A stretch of 63,362 nucleotides of DNA, the filler included, from Reclinomonas americana ATCC 50394 (lineage: Eukaryota), in the NCBI GenBank assembly GCA_048213135.1. It is 6 parts of 3 records of this genome, joined end to end, with 100 filler letters (N's around TTAATTAATTAA, not from the genome) between each part and the next. Parts side by side here need not be neighbours in the genome. Positions count along the whole stretch, not along the records: positions 58,292 to 63,362 come from PS015720.1; 5 more parts are not named here. One strand, given 5' to 3'. Both the position numbers and the translations under genes were made by a program. The first letter of the stretch is position 1. Each line of letters starts with the position of its first letter. Below, piece after piece: positions 61,601-63,362 of the stretch. Under the pieces are notes generated by a model that saw only the letters and a program-made list of their open reading frames with translations, was not told the origin of the DNA and did no database searches.

Positions 61601-62895
61601 GGCTGGCCGGGTGCGGCTGACGGTGGTCTGCGACTCAAGTCGTCCACCAGTCGTCGCTCCACTTGCTGCTGCTCCAACAGCTCCATCTCCAATCGCTCGG
61701 CGCGCTTGCGTTGCGCGTCGGCCTGCCGCCGCAGCTCCAGCAACTCACGCTGCATGTCAAGCATGCGCTCACTGGCCGCAAAGTCGCGATCACGCACATC
61801 GGTGGTCTCACGATGCTGTCGCTCCGTCAGGCGACGCTCGGCGTGCACGGCACGCAGCTCAGTCTCATCCATCCGCGCTTGCAAGTGGACTCGCTCCTTG
61901 TCCCATCGGTCGACCTGAAGCACGCAAGAGTGGAAACATATTCAGTAAAAGATGCAAGAAGACACCGCCCTCCTCTCCTCTCCTCTCCTCTCCTCTCCTC
62001 TCCTCTCCTCTCACACATGCACATACATACGTGCACAAACACAAGCATGCACTCATCTATTTTGCAAACAACACAAATAAAACCAACAACAATACAACAA
62101 ACACTCCCCCCTCTCGCTCTACTCCCCTCCCCTTTCCCGCACCTGATCCTTCACCCGCAGCAACTCCTCATTCCGCCGATGCACCTCGGCCTCTGCCTTG
62201 TACAACAGCTCGGACAGTCCACGTGACCTCTCGCGCTCAGCAACCAGCTCGTCGGTGAGGGCCTGCTCACGACCATCCCGATTGGCCGATTGCAGGCGCG
62301 TGGCCAGGCGTACCTCGCTCTCCAGCCGCGAGATCTCCATCTCGCGCTTTCGCGCTTGCGATTCCCACTGTCGCGCAGACTCCACAGTCTCCTCCAGCTG
62401 TCGTCGCAAGTCGTCTTTCTCCAGCTGCCAATTGCGAATCCATGCCTCGTGCCGGTCCTTGACGTCGCGCACACTCTCCGTCGTGCGCATCTGTTCCCGC
62501 TGCATCTCTGCCAGCAGGTCGTCGTAACGCTTGCGCGCGGCAGTAAGCTCCTGTCGCAGCTGATCCTCGCGGTGCTTGTAGTCATTAATAATCGCCTCCC
62601 ACTCGTCGGCGTCGCTGGCACGACCGTCGCGCCGCGCGCTGCTCGGAGCCGAACTACCGCCACCACCATCGTCGCCGCCGCCATCTACTCGTGGTGTGAG
62701 CAGCGACGTTAGCGGGTCACTCGGGGCACGTGAGGGTGGACGGGAGGCTGACGACGAGGAGCGCGAGGCTTCAGCCTGCGCCAGCTGGCGAGACACTTCG
62801 CTGAGCCGCGTAGTCACTCGATCGAGTTCGCGTTGCGACGACTCGGCGCGAGCGCGGTGCGTTGACACGGCCTCCTCCACCAGCCGCCGCAGTTC
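58676..62895 (-). CDS. Long coiled-coil protein, CCDC57-like; both ends uncertain
   Basis: Extended heptad exons. LESQNARIRDVIRQMRMEMESL and EREKLLDISSQLKADL resemble conserved CCDC57 segments as I recall them. Confidence 0.6.
60590..61115. repeat. Pyrimidine-rich intronic minisatellite
   Basis: Repeated ctccttcattcc and cttctctcc units. Confidence 0.8.
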
Positions 62896-63362
62896 CTCTG
62901 TGGCGATTCATAAAAAGGTGAGTATTCCCTCTTCATCGTTCTCTGTTATTTGTCTTCTTGCAGTCGCTCCTCTCATAGGAATGGAGAGCAGAGAGAGAGA
63001 GAGAGGGGAACGCTAAAGAACGAGCCTGAAGAGCTGACAAGTACGTGTGGGAATATGGGGATCACAAAAGACGAAGAGGCAAGACACTCGCAACAAGCGA
63101 CAAGATCGCTACGAGAGGGGCAATTTCTTTCCACTCCCTCTTCCCTACCTACATCCTCACTCCCACCTCTCGCCCGCCCGGTATTCTGCTCGTTCCCTAT
63201 TTCTCGCCCTTTTCTTGCTGCTCTCTTACCCCTCTGTGCATCTCTCTCTCTTTTTCTTCTCTCCCTCCTCTCTCTCTCTCTTTCCTATCACCGCCCACCT
63301 TCCCCATTTCTCGCCTTTTCCCCTTCAGCTCTTTTCCTCTCATCCCCCTTCCCCACCCCCCC

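Overview
Intron-rich, GC-rich nuclear DNA of a microbial eukaryote, probably a flagellate since it has CFAP410- and CCDC57-like genes. It uses the standard genetic code, has introns mostly of 50-90 nt, and carries many CT/GA/GT microsatellites. The window is not one locus. It is six scaffolds joined by artificial N44-TTAATTAATTAA-N44 linkers, and two contigs appear flipped, splitting a GIGYF-like gene and an SDR gene across strands. Recognisable genes are a PH-domain protein, a NAGK-like sugar kinase, a TRIM37-type RING protein, a membrane-anchored vWA protein, a DENN protein, METTL15/RsmH, CNOT10, a GIGYF-like protein, an SDR, an LCAT/LPLA2-like lipase, a RasGAP, a stand-alone mRNA guanylyltransferase, an UNC-93-like MFS transporter, a histidine phosphatase, CFAP410 and a CCDC57-like protein. 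The most interesting candidates are: (1) a secreted mosaic protein with three 10-Cys repeats joined to an intronless, bacterial-looking choice-of-anchor-L-like domain and a degenerate M15-peptidase-like domain; (2) a tandem pair of secreted acidic/Lys-rich precursor proteins sharing an LDALGFFET motif; (3) very tight gene packing, including 7-nt and 48-nt co-directional spacers and a possible mitochondrial presequence encoded antisense to CNOT10; (4) a secreted protein with degenerate amidoligase/actin-crosslinking-like motifs; (5) a 191-bp TGT...ACA element with a 4-bp target-site duplication. All family assignments come from motif recognition by eye; no database search was run.
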